Source: an archaeon GW2011_AR10 | GTDB lineage: Archaea > Iainarchaeota > Iainarchaeia > Iainarchaeales > GW2011-AR10 | Assembly: GCA_000830275.1 (NCBI GenBank) | Contig: CP010424.1 | Location: forward strand, 120,001-152,000 | Length of the DNA stretch: 32,000 nt | Reading direction: 5' to 3' | Shown: piece by piece, positions 1-8,797 of the stretch | Layout of the letters: each line of letters opens with the position of its first letter | Position numbering within the stretch: the stretch's first letter is position 1 | Notes under the pieces: generated by a model | Seen by the model: only the letters and a program-made list of their open reading frames with translations | Database searches by the model: none | Told to the model about the DNA's origin: nothing | Position numbers and translations under genes: made by a program

Positions 1-2829
1 TTTCTCAAGAAATTTTTCCATTTTTCCTTTCTTTTCAACTATTTTTGTGTTGGTTTCCTTTTCAATCTGCTTTCCGTACTTTTTTAGGAAACCGGCATCA
101 TTGCAGTGCAAAAACAGTTTTGCTTTCTGGCTTGGCAGAAGGTTCTTCTGCTTCCTCATTTCCTGAATGCGCCGCCTCAATTCAGTTAACTCCCATTCTT
201 CCTTCAACCCTGCATTTGCTTCCGTTTTCAAGTAAAGAACCGTTTCACCAAAAACTTTTTCAGCATAGGCGCCCTTCGGTGCAAAGCGTGATTCCTTTAC
301 TTCCTTTACGTTCGTCATCGAAGCGATTATTCCTTTTGCTTTTTTGAACTCATTGCCCGTCTTTGTTTTAATTGCAAGCTCCTTCAGTGGCCAGCGCAGC
401 CTCAGCTTTTCCTGCTCCCTTAGTGCTAGCACGCTTTGCATTAACTCTTTTGCTTCATCCATTTCTTTCTCCAGCTCCTTATCCACCAGTTTCTTGTTTG
501 GAAGCGGAAGAAACTGAAGGTGAATGGAATCAGCAGACCGTTTGCTTCTGAATTCCCTGTAAATGAATTCAGTTATGTGCGGAGCAATCGGTGCGAGAAC
601 TTTCAGCAAAGAGAACAGGGTTTCATTCAGCGTTGCGGTTACGGCTTTCTCGGTTTTTGTTCCAACCCTGTCTCGAACCAGTTTGATGTATGTCCTGCTC
701 AAGTCTTCAAGCACAAATTCTTCAATTGCTCCAGCCACTTTAAAGAAAGTGTACTTGTCGTAGTTTTCATTAGTTTCCCCAACCAATGAATTAAGCCTGC
801 TCAAAATCCACTTGTCTTCTTCCTGCAGGTTTTTCAGCTCAAACTTTTTCCCAAAATCCAGTTCCAGGTGCATGTTCACAAAATTGTAAGTGTTCCAGAA
901 AACATTGAAGAACCTGCTTATATCTTTGAATTCCTCCCAGTCAAACGCTATGTCAAGCCCCCTGGAATTCTTCACCAAGTAATATCGCAGGAAATCTCGG
1001 TTGAATTTTTCAATCACTTCTTTTGGGGAAACAATGTTGCCAAGGCTCTTGGACATCTTCTTCTTTCCCAAATCAGTTACCATTCCGTGCACCACAATGC
1101 TCTTGAACGGCTTTTCGTTAAAGCAGATTGTGGAAGTTATAAGCTGCGAGTTCCACCATCCACGGAACTGGTCTGTGCCCTCCAAGTTGAAGTCAGCTGG
1201 CCACAGCTCTTTAAACTGCTTTGAGTTTGTGCCTCCGAGCGCAGCCCAGCTTGAAACGCCGGAATCAAACCATACATCCAGCACTTCTGGCACGCGGCTC
1301 ATTTCACCATTGCAGCTGCACTTAAGTTTCACCTCATCAATTCCCGGTTTGTGCACATCAATTTTTTTCGCCCCACTCAATTTTTTCAGCTCTTCAATTG
1401 AACCAACCACTCTGCGCTTATCGCATTTCCCGCAAACCCAAATTGGGAGCGGCGCTCCCCAGTAACGCGCCCTCGAAATCGGCCAGTCACCCAACTGTTC
1501 AAGCCAGTTCTGCATCCTGTTCTTTGCCCATGCAGGCACCCAGTTAACCTGTTCATTTAGCTCAAGCATTCTTTTCTGGATGCTGCTTACCTTGAAAAAC
1601 CACTGTGGCACCGACACCATGAGCAATGGGCTCTTGCATCGCCAGCACAAAGGATAATCGTGGGTGTGCGGGTGCGAGTAAATCAATGCATGCTCATTAC
1701 GTAAATCCTCAATAATTTCCTTATCAACAACCCTTGCTTTTTTTCCAGCGTACTTTCCTGCTTCGCTGCTCATTAATCCATCCAATCCAATAGGCGAAAT
1801 TGCAGGCAGCCCTGCTTTTGTGCCTTCCTCCCAGTCCTCTTTTCCGTGGCCTGGAGCAGTGTGCACCAAACCGCTTCCCTCCTCTAGGTTAACGTAGCGT
1901 TCGCTTAAAATCACGCGGTAAGCCCTCTCAAGCTTTGGTAGCTTCAAGTGCTTTGCAAGCGGGTTCTCGTATTCCATGCTATCCAGTTCTCTGCCTGGAA
2001 ACTCTCTTCTGCTAGTGTAGCCCGCTTCAATTGCGTTCATTAAACCTTCAACTAATTCCTTTGCAATTATCCATCTTTCACCGTTGCTTAACTCGACTTC
2101 CACGTAAGTGAATTTTGGGTGCACCATTACCCCGGTATTGCCCGGCAAAGTCCAAGGAGTAGTGGTCCAAATAACCAAAAACGTGTTTTCTCTGCCTTTA
2201 ACCTTGAACTTCACATAAATTGATTCGTCTGTCAGCTTGGTGTACTCTATTTCGTTGAATGCAACTGCTGTTCCGCAGTGCGGGCAAACATGAACAGGGT
2301 ATTTTCCCAAGTACAGCAAGCCTTTTTCATCAGCTTTCTTGAAAGTCCACCAAATTGCCTCAACGTAATCATCAGTTAAAGTAAGGTAAGGGTTGCCCCA
2401 ATCCATCCAGACTCCGAGGTCATTGAATTCCTCATTCATCACGTCAATGAATTGTGTTGCAAATAACCTGCATTCCTCCACAAACTTTTTAACCCCAAAT
2501 TCTTCAATGTCCCTCTTGCTCTTGAACCCGTGCTTCTGCTCTATCTTGTTTTCAATCGGAACTCCGTGCGTGTCATAGCCCGGCCTGTCAAACACGCTGA
2601 AGCCCTGCATTCTCTTTGAGCGAATTGCCGCATCCTTTATTATCTTGTTCAATGCAGTTCCCATGTGGATGTGGCCGGTTGCATAAGGTGGGCCATCCAT
2701 GAAATAAAACTTTTTCTTCTGCTTCGCGCTCTGCGCCCTAACCCTTTCAGCGATTTTGTTTTTCTTCCAGAATTTGTGGATTTCTTCTTCCTTTGCCAAA
2801 GAATAAGGTTCCATTAATTTCTTTGCCAT
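1..2829 (-). CDS. ileS: Isoleucyl-tRNA synthetase (class I aaRS); C-terminus cut by the window edge
   Basis: The minus-strand frame is open from ATG (2829-2827) to position 1. It is absent from the ORF track because it has no stop in the window. N-terminus is MAKKLMEPYSLAKEEEIHKFWKKNKIAERV...KKFYFMDGPPYATGHIHMGTALNKIIKD (HIGH-type motif). DWPISRARYWGAPLPI lies at ~1440-1490 and KMSKS at 1045-1059. Spot checks at 1-60, 301-360 and 1441-1500 are open in the same frame. Confidence 0.93.
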   Translation of the reverse strand, partial: MAKKLMEPYSLAKEEEIHKFWKKNKIAERVRAQSAKQKKKFYFMDGPPYATGHIHMGTALNKIIKDAAIRSKRMQGFSVFDRPGYDTHGVPIENKIEQKHGFKSKRDIEEFGVKKFVEECRLFATQFIDVMNEEFNDLGVWMDWGNPYLTLTDDYVEAIWWTFKKADEKGLLYLGKYPVHVCPHCGTAVAFNEIEYTKLTDESIYVKFKVKGRENTFLVIWTTTPWTLPGNTGVMVHPKFTYVEVELSNGERWIIAKELVEGLMNAIEAGYTSRREFPGRELDSMEYENPLAKHLKLPKLERAYRVILSERYVNLEEGSGLVHTAPGHGKEDWEEGTKAGLPAISPIGLDGLMSSEAGKYAGKKARVVDKEIIEDLRNEHALIYSHPHTHDYPLCWRCKSPLLMVSVPQWFFKVSSIQKRMLELNEQVNWVPAWAKNRMQNWLEQLGDWPISRARYWGAPLPIWVCGKCDKRRVVGSIEELKKLSGAKKIDVHKPGIDEVKLKCSCNGEMSRVPEVLDVWFDSGVSSWAALGGTNSKQFKELWPADFNLEGTDQFRGWWNSQLITSTICFNEKPFKSIVVHGMVTDLGKKKMSKSLGNIVSPKEVIEKFNRDFLRYYLVKNSRGLDIAFDWEEFKDISRFFNVFWNTYNFVNMHLELDFGKKFELKNLQEEDKWILSRLNSLVGETNENYDKYTFFKVAGAIEEFVLEDLSRTYIKLVRDRVGTKTEKAVTATLNETLFSLLKVLAPIAPHITEFIYREFRSKRSADSIHLQFLPLPNKKLVDKELEKEMDEAKELMQSVLALREQEKLRLRWPLKELAIKTKTGNEFKKAKGIIASMTNVKEVKESRFAPKGAYAEKVFGETVLYLKTEANAGLKEEWELTELRRRIQEMRKQKNLLPSQKAKLFLHCNDAGFLKKYGKQIEKETNTKIVEKKGKMEKFLEK

Positions 2830-2994
2830 TCCACTTACACCACGCGATTTTTCAATTGGCGCACCTTGCCGGCTGATACAGTATTACCGCCCCTTCGAAG
2901 GAAGGATGCGTATTTTCAGCCGTTGCGAGGCTCTTAAGAGCCGAGCCAGTACTGCTGAAAGCAGTACGCTCTTCCGCCGCGAGCAGGCGGCGAA
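2830..2994 (-). other. GC-rich structured spacer between the tRNA-Ile 3' end and the ileS start (candidate leader or ncRNA)
   Basis: On the minus strand there are several strong local hairpins. CGCCGC-CTGCTC-GCGGCG lies right after the tRNA. GAGC-GTACTGC-TTTCA-GCAGTAC-TG-GCTC and GGCTC-TTAA-GAGCC follow. GGCTGA...TCAGCC encloses the CCTTCGAAGG palindrome. The segment is visibly more GC-rich than other intergenic DNA here. No convincing TATA box lies inside it. A GGTG ribosome-binding site precedes the ileS ATG. Confidence 0.35.
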
Positions 2995-3099
2995 TGGGCC
3001 CGGGCGGATTTGAACCGCCGACCCTTGGTGCTCTTACTTCCCCATTAACTCCGGAGAAGTTATAAGACCAATGCTCTGGCCAGGCTAAGCTACGGGCCC
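2995..3099 (-). tRNA. tRNA-Ile, anticodon UAU, with a 30-nt canonical 37/38 BHB intron
   Basis: The minus strand reads GGGCCCG-TA-GCTT-AGCCTGGCCA-GAGC-A-TTGGT-CTTATA|intron|C-ACCAA-GGGTC-GGCGG-TTCAAAT-CCGCC-CGGGCCC-A, a full cloverleaf. The anticodon TAT is at 3064-3062. The intron (3031-3060) forms hBHBh': a central 4-bp helix (CUUA/UAAG), 3-nt bulges UA|A and AG|C, and an outer 7-bp helix (CUUCUCC/GGGGAAG). The acceptor and D arm resemble archaeal tRNA-Ile. No CCA is encoded. Confidence 0.88.
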
Positions 3100-3388
3100 T
3101 TAAACTGAAGCCGCGGTTTGCACGGCATACGTCAAGGGTTTTCACTTTGTTCAAACCCTCATAAATATTTAAATTGTTGCCATCTTTTAAACTGAAGCCG
3201 CAGTTTACTAAATCTTTGGCAAAAGAAACAATAAAAAATGTTTCAGGTTGTGCAAGTATCTGCCTAGCATGCGTTAATTGGTTAAAAATAGATTTAAATG
3301 GGTTAGTAGCCGAAAAAGCAGAAAAATGGCTATCGGCGTATTTGTAAATCCCTTCCAAAAATTTTTCGATCCCTTCTGTTCATTGGCA

Positions 3389-3742
3389 TCACTTAACGTT
3401 AAGCTCTTTCTCGCTTAAGTTGTTTTTCTTGTTGACTTCCTTGACCTTTTCCTTGCTTTCCTGGAACTTGCCGAACCTTCCAATGTTCAAGCGCAAAGAG
3501 TTTTTGAAGAGGCTAGTGTAAGCGTTTTCAATCGCGTAGGTTTTGCCTTCCTCAACTTGGTCAATGGCTTCATCCCAAAGAGTCAAAAGAATAGCTCCTG
3601 TTTCATCTCCCACAATTGCTTCTGTAACTCGGTGTGAGGAGTTATCGAGCTTTGAACTCACTTCCCTGGTTTCGAGTTTTTCAGCAACTTTAACTGTCAA
3701 AGAAACCTTTTTTGCGAAAGGCCTTAGCTCTGAAACCTTCAT
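3389..3742 (-). CDS. ssb: Single-OB-fold ssDNA-binding protein (crenarchaeal/Sulfolobus SSB type)
   Basis: The 117-aa translation contains HRVTEAIVGDETGAILLTLWDEAIDQVEEGKTYAIENAYTSLFKNSLRLNIG. This closely parallels the Sulfolobus SSB core (EAIVGDETG..LTLW...IENA). A short charged C-terminal tail follows. Confidence 0.85.
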   Translation of the reverse strand: MKVSELRPFAKKVSLTVKVAEKLETREVSSKLDNSSHRVTEAIVGDETGAILLTLWDEAIDQVEEGKTYAIENAYTSLFKNSLRLNIGRFGKFQESKEKVKEVNKKNNLSEKELNVK

Positions 3743-3762
3743 TAAATCATTGGCTTTGATTC

Positions 3763-3773
3763 ATTATTTAAAT
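3763..3773 (-). promoter_or_regulatory. TATA-like box for ssb (leaderless arrangement)
   Basis: The minus strand reads ATTTAAATAAT, centred ~26 nt upstream of the ssb ATG (3742). There is no Shine-Dalgarno sequence. Confidence 0.4.
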
Positions 3774-3968
3774 CTATGGCAAACAGCCAATATTTTTGAA
3801 CTTTTTATTGCTGTTTGCTAGATGCAAAACGCAGTTTCAATGTTCAATTACTTAAGCGTTTTGCTATATGGCAAACAGCCCTGAAAAGTTCAATTGTTAG
3901 TGAAGCCAAACGTTTTGATTTTGCGAGCTACAAAATCAGCCATTAAAAATAGAAAAAGAAAGAGAAGC

Positions 3969-4652
3969 TTAGCTAACTTCTCTTTTCAGGTTCTGCACTA
4001 ATGCTTTTACGTCGTTCTTGAATGCCAATCCAAAGCTTATTCCCAGTATCAGCGCTACAACCAGCACAAACGCAGTGAACGCTATGAGGAATGCTTGCTC
4101 AAGAACACTGACATCAATGCCTACTCTGCGCAATCCGATTATCGCTGCAAGGTAAATAACCAAGATTTCCACTGCAACTGCAATTGTTCTCTTGTACTTG
4201 TGGTTCGTTGCCTCAATTTTGTTTCTGAGAAACTTTGCTAGCAGCAATCCAAGGACCACTATTATCAGCGCAGCCAGAACTATTGGGATATAGTAGACCA
4301 ATGCAAGCATAAATGTCCTGAGGCTTCCCAGTGCCACAAACTCTGCTGCCTGCGTCAGGAATATCAGGATAATGTACCACTTGATGAATGTTCCTGCTAG
4401 TTCTGACAAAGGCACGCCGCCTACTGATTCCTTGAGCTTGTGTTCCTTTGCCCACTCATCAAGCTTCGCTGTGTTCAAAACCTTTGCAACAAGTTTTTTG
4501 ATTGCATCTCCGAGTAGTGCTCCAATGATTATGAATATGATTGCCACAATCAATCCTAAAATCAGATTTGGCAGCCCCATAATCATGCTCGAAACAGCAG
4601 TGGTTAGACTGGCCAGTATTTGAGAGATTGTATCCTGAATTAAATCTGCCAT
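3969..4652 (-). CDS. Integral membrane protein, function unknown (several predicted TM helices)
   Basis: The 227-aa ORF has multiple long hydrophobic segments (LILGLIVAIIFIIIGALLG, WYIILIFLTQAAEFVALG, IPIVLAALIIVVLGLLLA, ILVIYLAAIIGL, AFTAFVLVVALILGISFGLAF). It possibly belongs to the 'conserved TM helix' repeat class seen N-terminal to MscS-like proteins. Confidence 0.7.
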   Translation of the reverse strand: MADLIQDTISQILASLTTAVSSMIMGLPNLILGLIVAIIFIIIGALLGDAIKKLVAKVLNTAKLDEWAKEHKLKESVGGVPLSELAGTFIKWYIILIFLTQAAEFVALGSLRTFMLALVYYIPIVLAALIIVVLGLLLAKFLRNKIEATNHKYKRTIAVAVEILVIYLAAIIGLRRVGIDVSVLEQAFLIAFTAFVLVVALILGISFGLAFKNDVKALVQNLKREVS

Positions 4653-4717
4653 CCTTCATCACCTTTTTTGCGCAACCCTGAAAAGAATTGCACTTAATTA
4701 AAAAAGCATTCAAGTAT

Positions 4718-5242
4718 TTAAATGTTTTGCACTAAACTCTCGATTTTTAGGTGCAATCCCTTCAAATCGCCCCTGTTTTCAATCAAAAAGTCCTTTTTGT
4801 TCAGAACTTTTCTGAGGCCTTTTTTCTCCAAGTCGTTGGAGTCGCGCTCAAAAAACTTTTTTTCTTCAACTGGGTCAAGAGGGCTTCTTCTCTCAAACCT
4901 TTTTTCCGGTGCAGCACGCACTTCAATAATTTTCGCTTCCGGAAATTTTTTCCTAATTGCAAGGATTTCTTCAATTGAACGCGGCCCAACAATAGCCAAG
5001 TTGCCTTTCTCCCTGATTTTTTTGAGCAGCCTTTCAGCAATGACTGCCATGCCGTGCTTTGCTCGAAGCTCATCCCCCAACAAATTCATGTTTTCCTTGC
5101 TTGCAATTTCGTTTCTGCGCTCAAGCTCTTCTGCAAGAACGTCGCTTAAAACGTATTTGGAAAAACCATGCCTTTCAGCCAAGTAATCCGCAACCGAATC
5201 TTTTCCAGAGCGCGCTAAGCCCACAACAATCAGCACTGCCAT
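4718..5242 (-). CDS. P-loop nucleotide kinase-like protein (archaeal UPF0200 / dNMP-kinase-like family)
   Basis: It has a Walker A-like motif VVGLARSGKDS at the N-terminus. The overall pattern (GDxLR..HG, IVGPRS..E, RFERR....FFERD..DL) matches my recollection of UPF0200 proteins. A TATA-like TTTATATTA lies ~25 nt upstream. Confidence 0.7.
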   Translation of the reverse strand: MAVLIVVGLARSGKDSVADYLAERHGFSKYVLSDVLAEELERRNEIASKENMNLLGDELRAKHGMAVIAERLLKKIREKGNLAIVGPRSIEEILAIRKKFPEAKIIEVRAAPEKRFERRSPLDPVEEKKFFERDSNDLEKKGLRKVLNKKDFLIENRGDLKGLHLKIESLVQNI

Positions 5243-5435
5243 ATATTAGGAAAAGCCGAACTAATATAAAAAAGAAATAGAAAGAATAAAGGAGAATAAA
5301 GGCAATAATTAGAATAAAGGATAAAGGAGAATAATAGAATAAAGGCAATAATTGGCCTAGTGAATGGAAAGAAAAGTTGTGAAAAAAACAAAGAAATTAA
5401 GGAAAAAAGAAGAAAGGAGGAATGCAGGCTCAAGC

Positions 5436-7076
5436 CTACATGTCCATTTCGCCCATGCCAGGAGGCATTCCGCCGTGGGGCATTGCCCCCGCCTTGCCTT
5501 TGCTGCTGCCAGCAATTATGTCATCAATCCTCAGCAGCATTTCTGCAACCTCTGAAGCAGAAGTCACTGCCTGAATTTTGACTCCAAGAGGCTCAATTAC
5601 TTTCAGTTTCTTCATGTCGTCAAGATATGCCTTGAATACGTTTACGCCTATGTACTTGCCGCCAGCGCTTGAGTGCTTTGAACGAAGACTGACAAGAGTG
5701 TCAATCGGGTCCATGCCTGCGGTTTCAGCCAGTGTTCTGGGTATCTCCTCAAGAGTTTCCGCAAAGCATTCAATTGCAAGCTGTTCCCTGCCGCCAACAG
5801 TTTTTGCGAACTCTCTTAGTTTCAGTGATACTTCTATTTCGCTTGCTCCTCCGCCTGCAACAACTTTGCCGTCTCTCAGTGCACTTGATGTTGAGCCTAT
5901 GGCGTCAACCACTGCGCGTTCTGCTTCGTCCACTACATGCTCTGAGCCGCCCCTCACAAGCAGTGAAACTGCTTTCGGGTTTTTGCAGCCTTCAACGAAC
6001 ACCATGTCATCGCCTGCAATCTTTCTTTCAACCACTGTGTTCGCTTTTCCAAGGTCTGAAGAACTCAAATCCTTTACCCTGCTTACAACCTTTCCGCCGG
6101 TTGCCCTTGCTAGTGCATTCATATCGGATTTCTTTACTCTGCGAACAGCCATGATTCCTTCCTTTGCCAGGAAGTGCTGTGCTATGTCATCAATTCCCTT
6201 CTGGCAGATTAGAACAGTTGCCCCTGAGTTCTTTACAGTTGCAACCATTTCTTTCAGCACTTTTTCCTCGTGGCCAAGGAGTGCCTCAAGCTCTTCAGGG
6301 GAAGAAATCTCAATCTTTGTGTCGGTTTCAGGTCCTTTGATTTCGAGGGCTGCATCCACCAACGCAATCCTGGCATTCTGGACCTTTTTCGGCATTCCCG
6401 AATGCACTACTTCCTTGTCAATGACAATGCCGTTTATCAGCTCCGAGTCAGACAGCGATGCCCCGACTTTTTTTTCAACCTTGATGTTGTCCTTGTCAAT
6501 AATTATTTTGCCGTTTTCTTCATCCGCAATCAATGTTACTGCCTTGACAACAAGTTTTGAGAGTTCCTCTGCGCCTTCAGTGCTTTTGCCAGTCATTGAA
6601 GTTAAGGCAATGCTTTCAAGCGTTTTAATGTCCTTGATGTCAACAGGGTCAGATAATTTCTCAAACAGCTCTTTTGTTTTCTTTGCTGCAATCCTGTAAC
6701 CCTTTATTATAACGCTGGGGTGAATCTCGTCATCGAGCAGCCTTTCAGCCCTTGCAAGCAGTCCGCCTGCAATTACTACTGCTGTTGTTGTGCCGTCTCC
6801 AACCTCGTCATCCTGCGTTTTTGCTATCTCCACCATCATTTTTCCAACCGGGTGGTCAATGCTCATCTCGCTCAAAATTGTTGCACCGTCGTTGGTGATG
6901 GTAACATCGCCCAAATCGTCAACAATCATTTTGTCCATTCCTTTTGGCCCAAGCGTGCTTTTAACAGCACTGGCCACTGCCTTGCCTATGAGAATGTTGA
7001 TTCTCTGCGCGTCCCTTCCTCTTGTTCTCCTCGTTCCCTCAGTCAAAAACACTACTGGTTGCTGTTGCTCAGCCAT
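5436..7076 (-). CDS. ths: Thermosome subunit (group II chaperonin, Cpn60/TCP-1 family)
   Basis: The 546-aa translation contains [37 protein letters not shown] and a C-terminal [12 protein letters not shown] tail. Confidence 0.97.
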   Translation of the reverse strand: MAEQQQPVVFLTEGTRRTRGRDAQRINILIGKAVASAVKSTLGPKGMDKMIVDDLGDVTITNDGATILSEMSIDHPVGKMMVEIAKTQDDEVGDGTTTAVVIAGGLLARAERLLDDEIHPSVIIKGYRIAAKKTKELFEKLSDPVDIKDIKTLESIALTSMTGKSTEGAEELSKLVVKAVTLIADEENGKIIIDKDNIKVEKKVGASLSDSELINGIVIDKEVVHSGMPKKVQNARIALVDAALEIKGPETDTKIEISSPEELEALLGHEEKVLKEMVATVKNSGATVLICQKGIDDIAQHFLAKEGIMAVRRVKKSDMNALARATGGKVVSRVKDLSSSDLGKANTVVERKIAGDDMVFVEGCKNPKAVSLLVRGGSEHVVDEAERAVVDAIGSTSSALRDGKVVAGGGASEIEVSLKLREFAKTVGGREQLAIECFAETLEEIPRTLAETAGMDPIDTLVSLRSKHSSAGGKYIGVNVFKAYLDDMKKLKVIEPLGVKIQAVTSASEVAEMLLRIDDIIAGSSKGKAGAMPHGGMPPGMGEMDM

Positions 7077-7179
7077 AAAATACCAACCTCCTTTTCATCC
7101 AATCCAAAAAATAGTTGAATAATAAATTGCTGGATATAAGTGTTTAAAAGCCTTAGTGTTTTTTTGCTGGATATGGCTG

Positions 7180-7860
7180 TTAAGGGTTTCCTGTTTTTTC
7201 GAGTTTTTTTAGAACCTTTGAAAGCTCGTTTTTTTTCCTTCTGAGTTTAGTTTCTAGAATTATTATGTCTGCTCCAAGGTCCCTTAACCTGAATTCAGCA
7301 GTTGGGTTTTTTCCAGCCAATTTCTGTTCATTGTATTCTCTTGCACCTTTTTTTATTGTAATCGCGTCCTCCACTGATTTGATTTCTTTCCTAATGGCAG
7401 AAGCCCGGCTGGTTCTTTTCATTTCCATCGTTATTGGCTGTGAAAACCCTGCGCCCTGTGAGAACTGCAATGATTCCTCAGGAATAATGTGTGCGGCAAC
7501 AGCCTGCTTTCTAGTGGATTGAACAAACGCTGCGTAGCTTGCAGTAATTTCGATTGGGGCTCTTTTCGATAATTCATTGACAATTTCTAGATTTGAACGT
7601 TTTGGGTTTTCAATGAGCATTCTTATAATTTCTCCCTGAAGGCTCCCCGGCTTTGTACGTAGCGCTACTCTGTATCCTTTCTTGAAGCGCTCAATTCCAT
7701 TTTCTTTAAGCAGTGGTTTTCCTGTTTTTGCCACTGGTTTGCCTTCAACACCACTTACTTTGGCTTTTGGCTTTAGTGCTCTTGGCTGTTTTTCTTTTTT
7801 CTTTTGCCGTAGAGGCTGAACAGGCTTAAGCCGAAATCGTTTTGGGCCCATCAAAAACAA
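7180..7860 (-). CDS. Hypothetical basic protein (K/R-rich N-terminus, possible central wHTH, C-terminal coiled coil)
   Basis: The 226-aa ORF has coding-like composition. I recognise no family. The true start may be the second Met (MGPKRF). Confidence 0.55.
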   Translation of the reverse strand: MFLMGPKRFRLKPVQPLRQKKKEKQPRALKPKAKVSGVEGKPVAKTGKPLLKENGIERFKKGYRVALRTKPGSLQGEIIRMLIENPKRSNLEIVNELSKRAPIEITASYAAFVQSTRKQAVAAHIIPEESLQFSQGAGFSQPITMEMKRTSRASAIRKEIKSVEDAITIKKGAREYNEQKLAGKNPTAEFRLRDLGADIIILETKLRRKKNELSKVLKKLEKTGNP

Positions 7861-7920
7861 TAATAATGTGCTCCGAGAACTATTTAAACATTTTTTTGCT
7901 TTCCGCCTTTTTGTTCTATT

Positions 7921-8697
7921 TTATTTCACTATAATTATGTTTCCCCGGCCTTTCTTGAATTTCTTTACCTTGCCAGCATGCTCTAGTTCAGCTACAACAA
8001 GCGATGCCTTCGCCTCTCCATAAGGCAGTTTTTCTCGCAATTCCAGCTGGGTAAGCCTGCCGCCGTAGCGCTTTAACACTTCAAGGGCTTCTGTTGCTTC
8101 ACTGCTCAATGCATCCCCTGCTTCCTTGCCAGGCTGCCTTCCGCTTATCGGCTTTTCTGAATCGCTGCCAACAGCCATTTCGCTTTCTTTTACAGTTTTT
8201 GTTTCCGTAATTTTTTTTCTCCTGATTCTCGCGCCAGCAAAGAAAAGCGCAAGCGCAATGAGCACCAAAGCAAGGCCTGCTGTAATCGCCTTCAGGAATC
8301 CTGAGTCATTTGGTGTTTGTGTTCCATCAAAGTCTAAGCCAAGCTCGTTGAAGTCCTCGAACAAAAACTCATCCTCTCCCAGCGCAGGCAGCATTATCAA
8401 ATCCACCACAAAGTTGCCGTCACCTGATTCCAGTGTAATCGTTTCTATTGCCTCGTACTTGAGCTTGTTGTTCTCAAAGAACTGCGCGGTTAAAGTGTAA
8501 TTTCCCGGCGTGCTTATGCTGAAAGAGTAAGTTCCTTCAATTGCCACATCAGTCTGCTTTGGAGTTGTATTGATTTCCACAATAATGTTCTGCAGCGGTT
8601 CAAGCGTGTACCACTCAAATGCCGTGCCTGAAATTGTTGCAGCAAATGCTTGGTCTGCGAAAAGAAAAAGCAATAACAGGAGAGCCCCTGATTTCAT
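7921..8697 (-). CDS. Membrane-tethered winged-helix protein: signal peptide, beta-sandwich ectodomain, TM helix, cytoplasmic wHTH
   Basis: The N-terminus MKSGALLLLLFLFADQAFA looks like a signal peptide. A CarboxypepD_reg-like segment follows (ISGTAFEW...YSFSISTPGNYTLTAQF). The TM helix is ITAGLALVLIALALFFAGA followed by RIRRKK. The C-terminus is EVLKRYGGRLTQLELREKLPYGEAKASLVVAELEHAGKVKKFKKGRGNIIIVK (MarR/TrmB-like wHTH). Confidence 0.75.
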   Translation of the reverse strand: MKSGALLLLLFLFADQAFAATISGTAFEWYTLEPLQNIIVEINTTPKQTDVAIEGTYSFSISTPGNYTLTAQFFENNKLKYEAIETITLESGDGNFVVDLIMLPALGEDEFLFEDFNELGLDFDGTQTPNDSGFLKAITAGLALVLIALALFFAGARIRRKKITETKTVKESEMAVGSDSEKPISGRQPGKEAGDALSSEATEALEVLKRYGGRLTQLELREKLPYGEAKASLVVAELEHAGKVKKFKKGRGNIIIVK

Positions 8698-8781
8698 GAG
8701 AATAAATTGGACAAAAACAATTTTAATTCGTTTCTAAAGTTTTATGGCCCCCAATAAAGTTTTAATGACCAAACCGGGGCC

Positions 8782-8797
8782 AAATAAAGCTTTATTT
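8782..8797. promoter_or_regulatory. Perfect 16-bp palindrome AAATAAAGCTTTATTT flanked by CCGGGGC direct repeats in a divergent intergenic region
   Basis: The palindrome was read directly from the sequence. It lies between divergent genes 7921-8697(-) and 8874-10007(+). CCGGGGC occurs at 8774-8780 and 8801-8807. Confidence 0.35.

Noticed and set aside
2830-2994. Possible 5S rRNA (contains AGTACTGG and GC-rich stems)
   Set aside because: The 5' and 3' ends do not pair into a helix I. There is no loop C-like GAAC/GAAGTTAAGC signature. The AGTACT is simply the palindromic core of a local hairpin. I kept the region only as a generic structured leader or ncRNA candidate.
2852-3358. 168-aa minus-strand ORF in the track
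   Set aside because: It runs straight through the tRNA-Ile gene and the GC-rich structured spacer. Its composition is not protein-like, and the tRNA call explains the region.
3775-3880. 14-bp direct repeat TATGGCAAACAGCC (3775-3788 and 3867-3880), and GCAAACAGC/GCTGTTTGC inverted repeat upstream of ssb
   Set aside because: The repeats are short and sit in an AT-rich promoter region. They are possibly a regulator site, but too little evidence exists to call. No ORF or RNA signature is present.
5280-5355. AT-rich imperfect repeats (AGAATAAAGGCAATAATT twice, 5293-5310 and 5336-5353) between ths and the kinase-like gene
   Set aside because: This is low-complexity A/T-rich spacer. On the coding strand it gives oligo-T tracts consistent with ths termination. 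Nothing suggests a discrete element.
5578-6699. 373-aa plus-strand ORF (and other plus-strand ORFs at 5732-7122)
   Set aside because: These are antisense shadow ORFs inside the thermosome gene. They are S/T/F-rich with low complexity. The minus-strand thermosome call is unambiguous.
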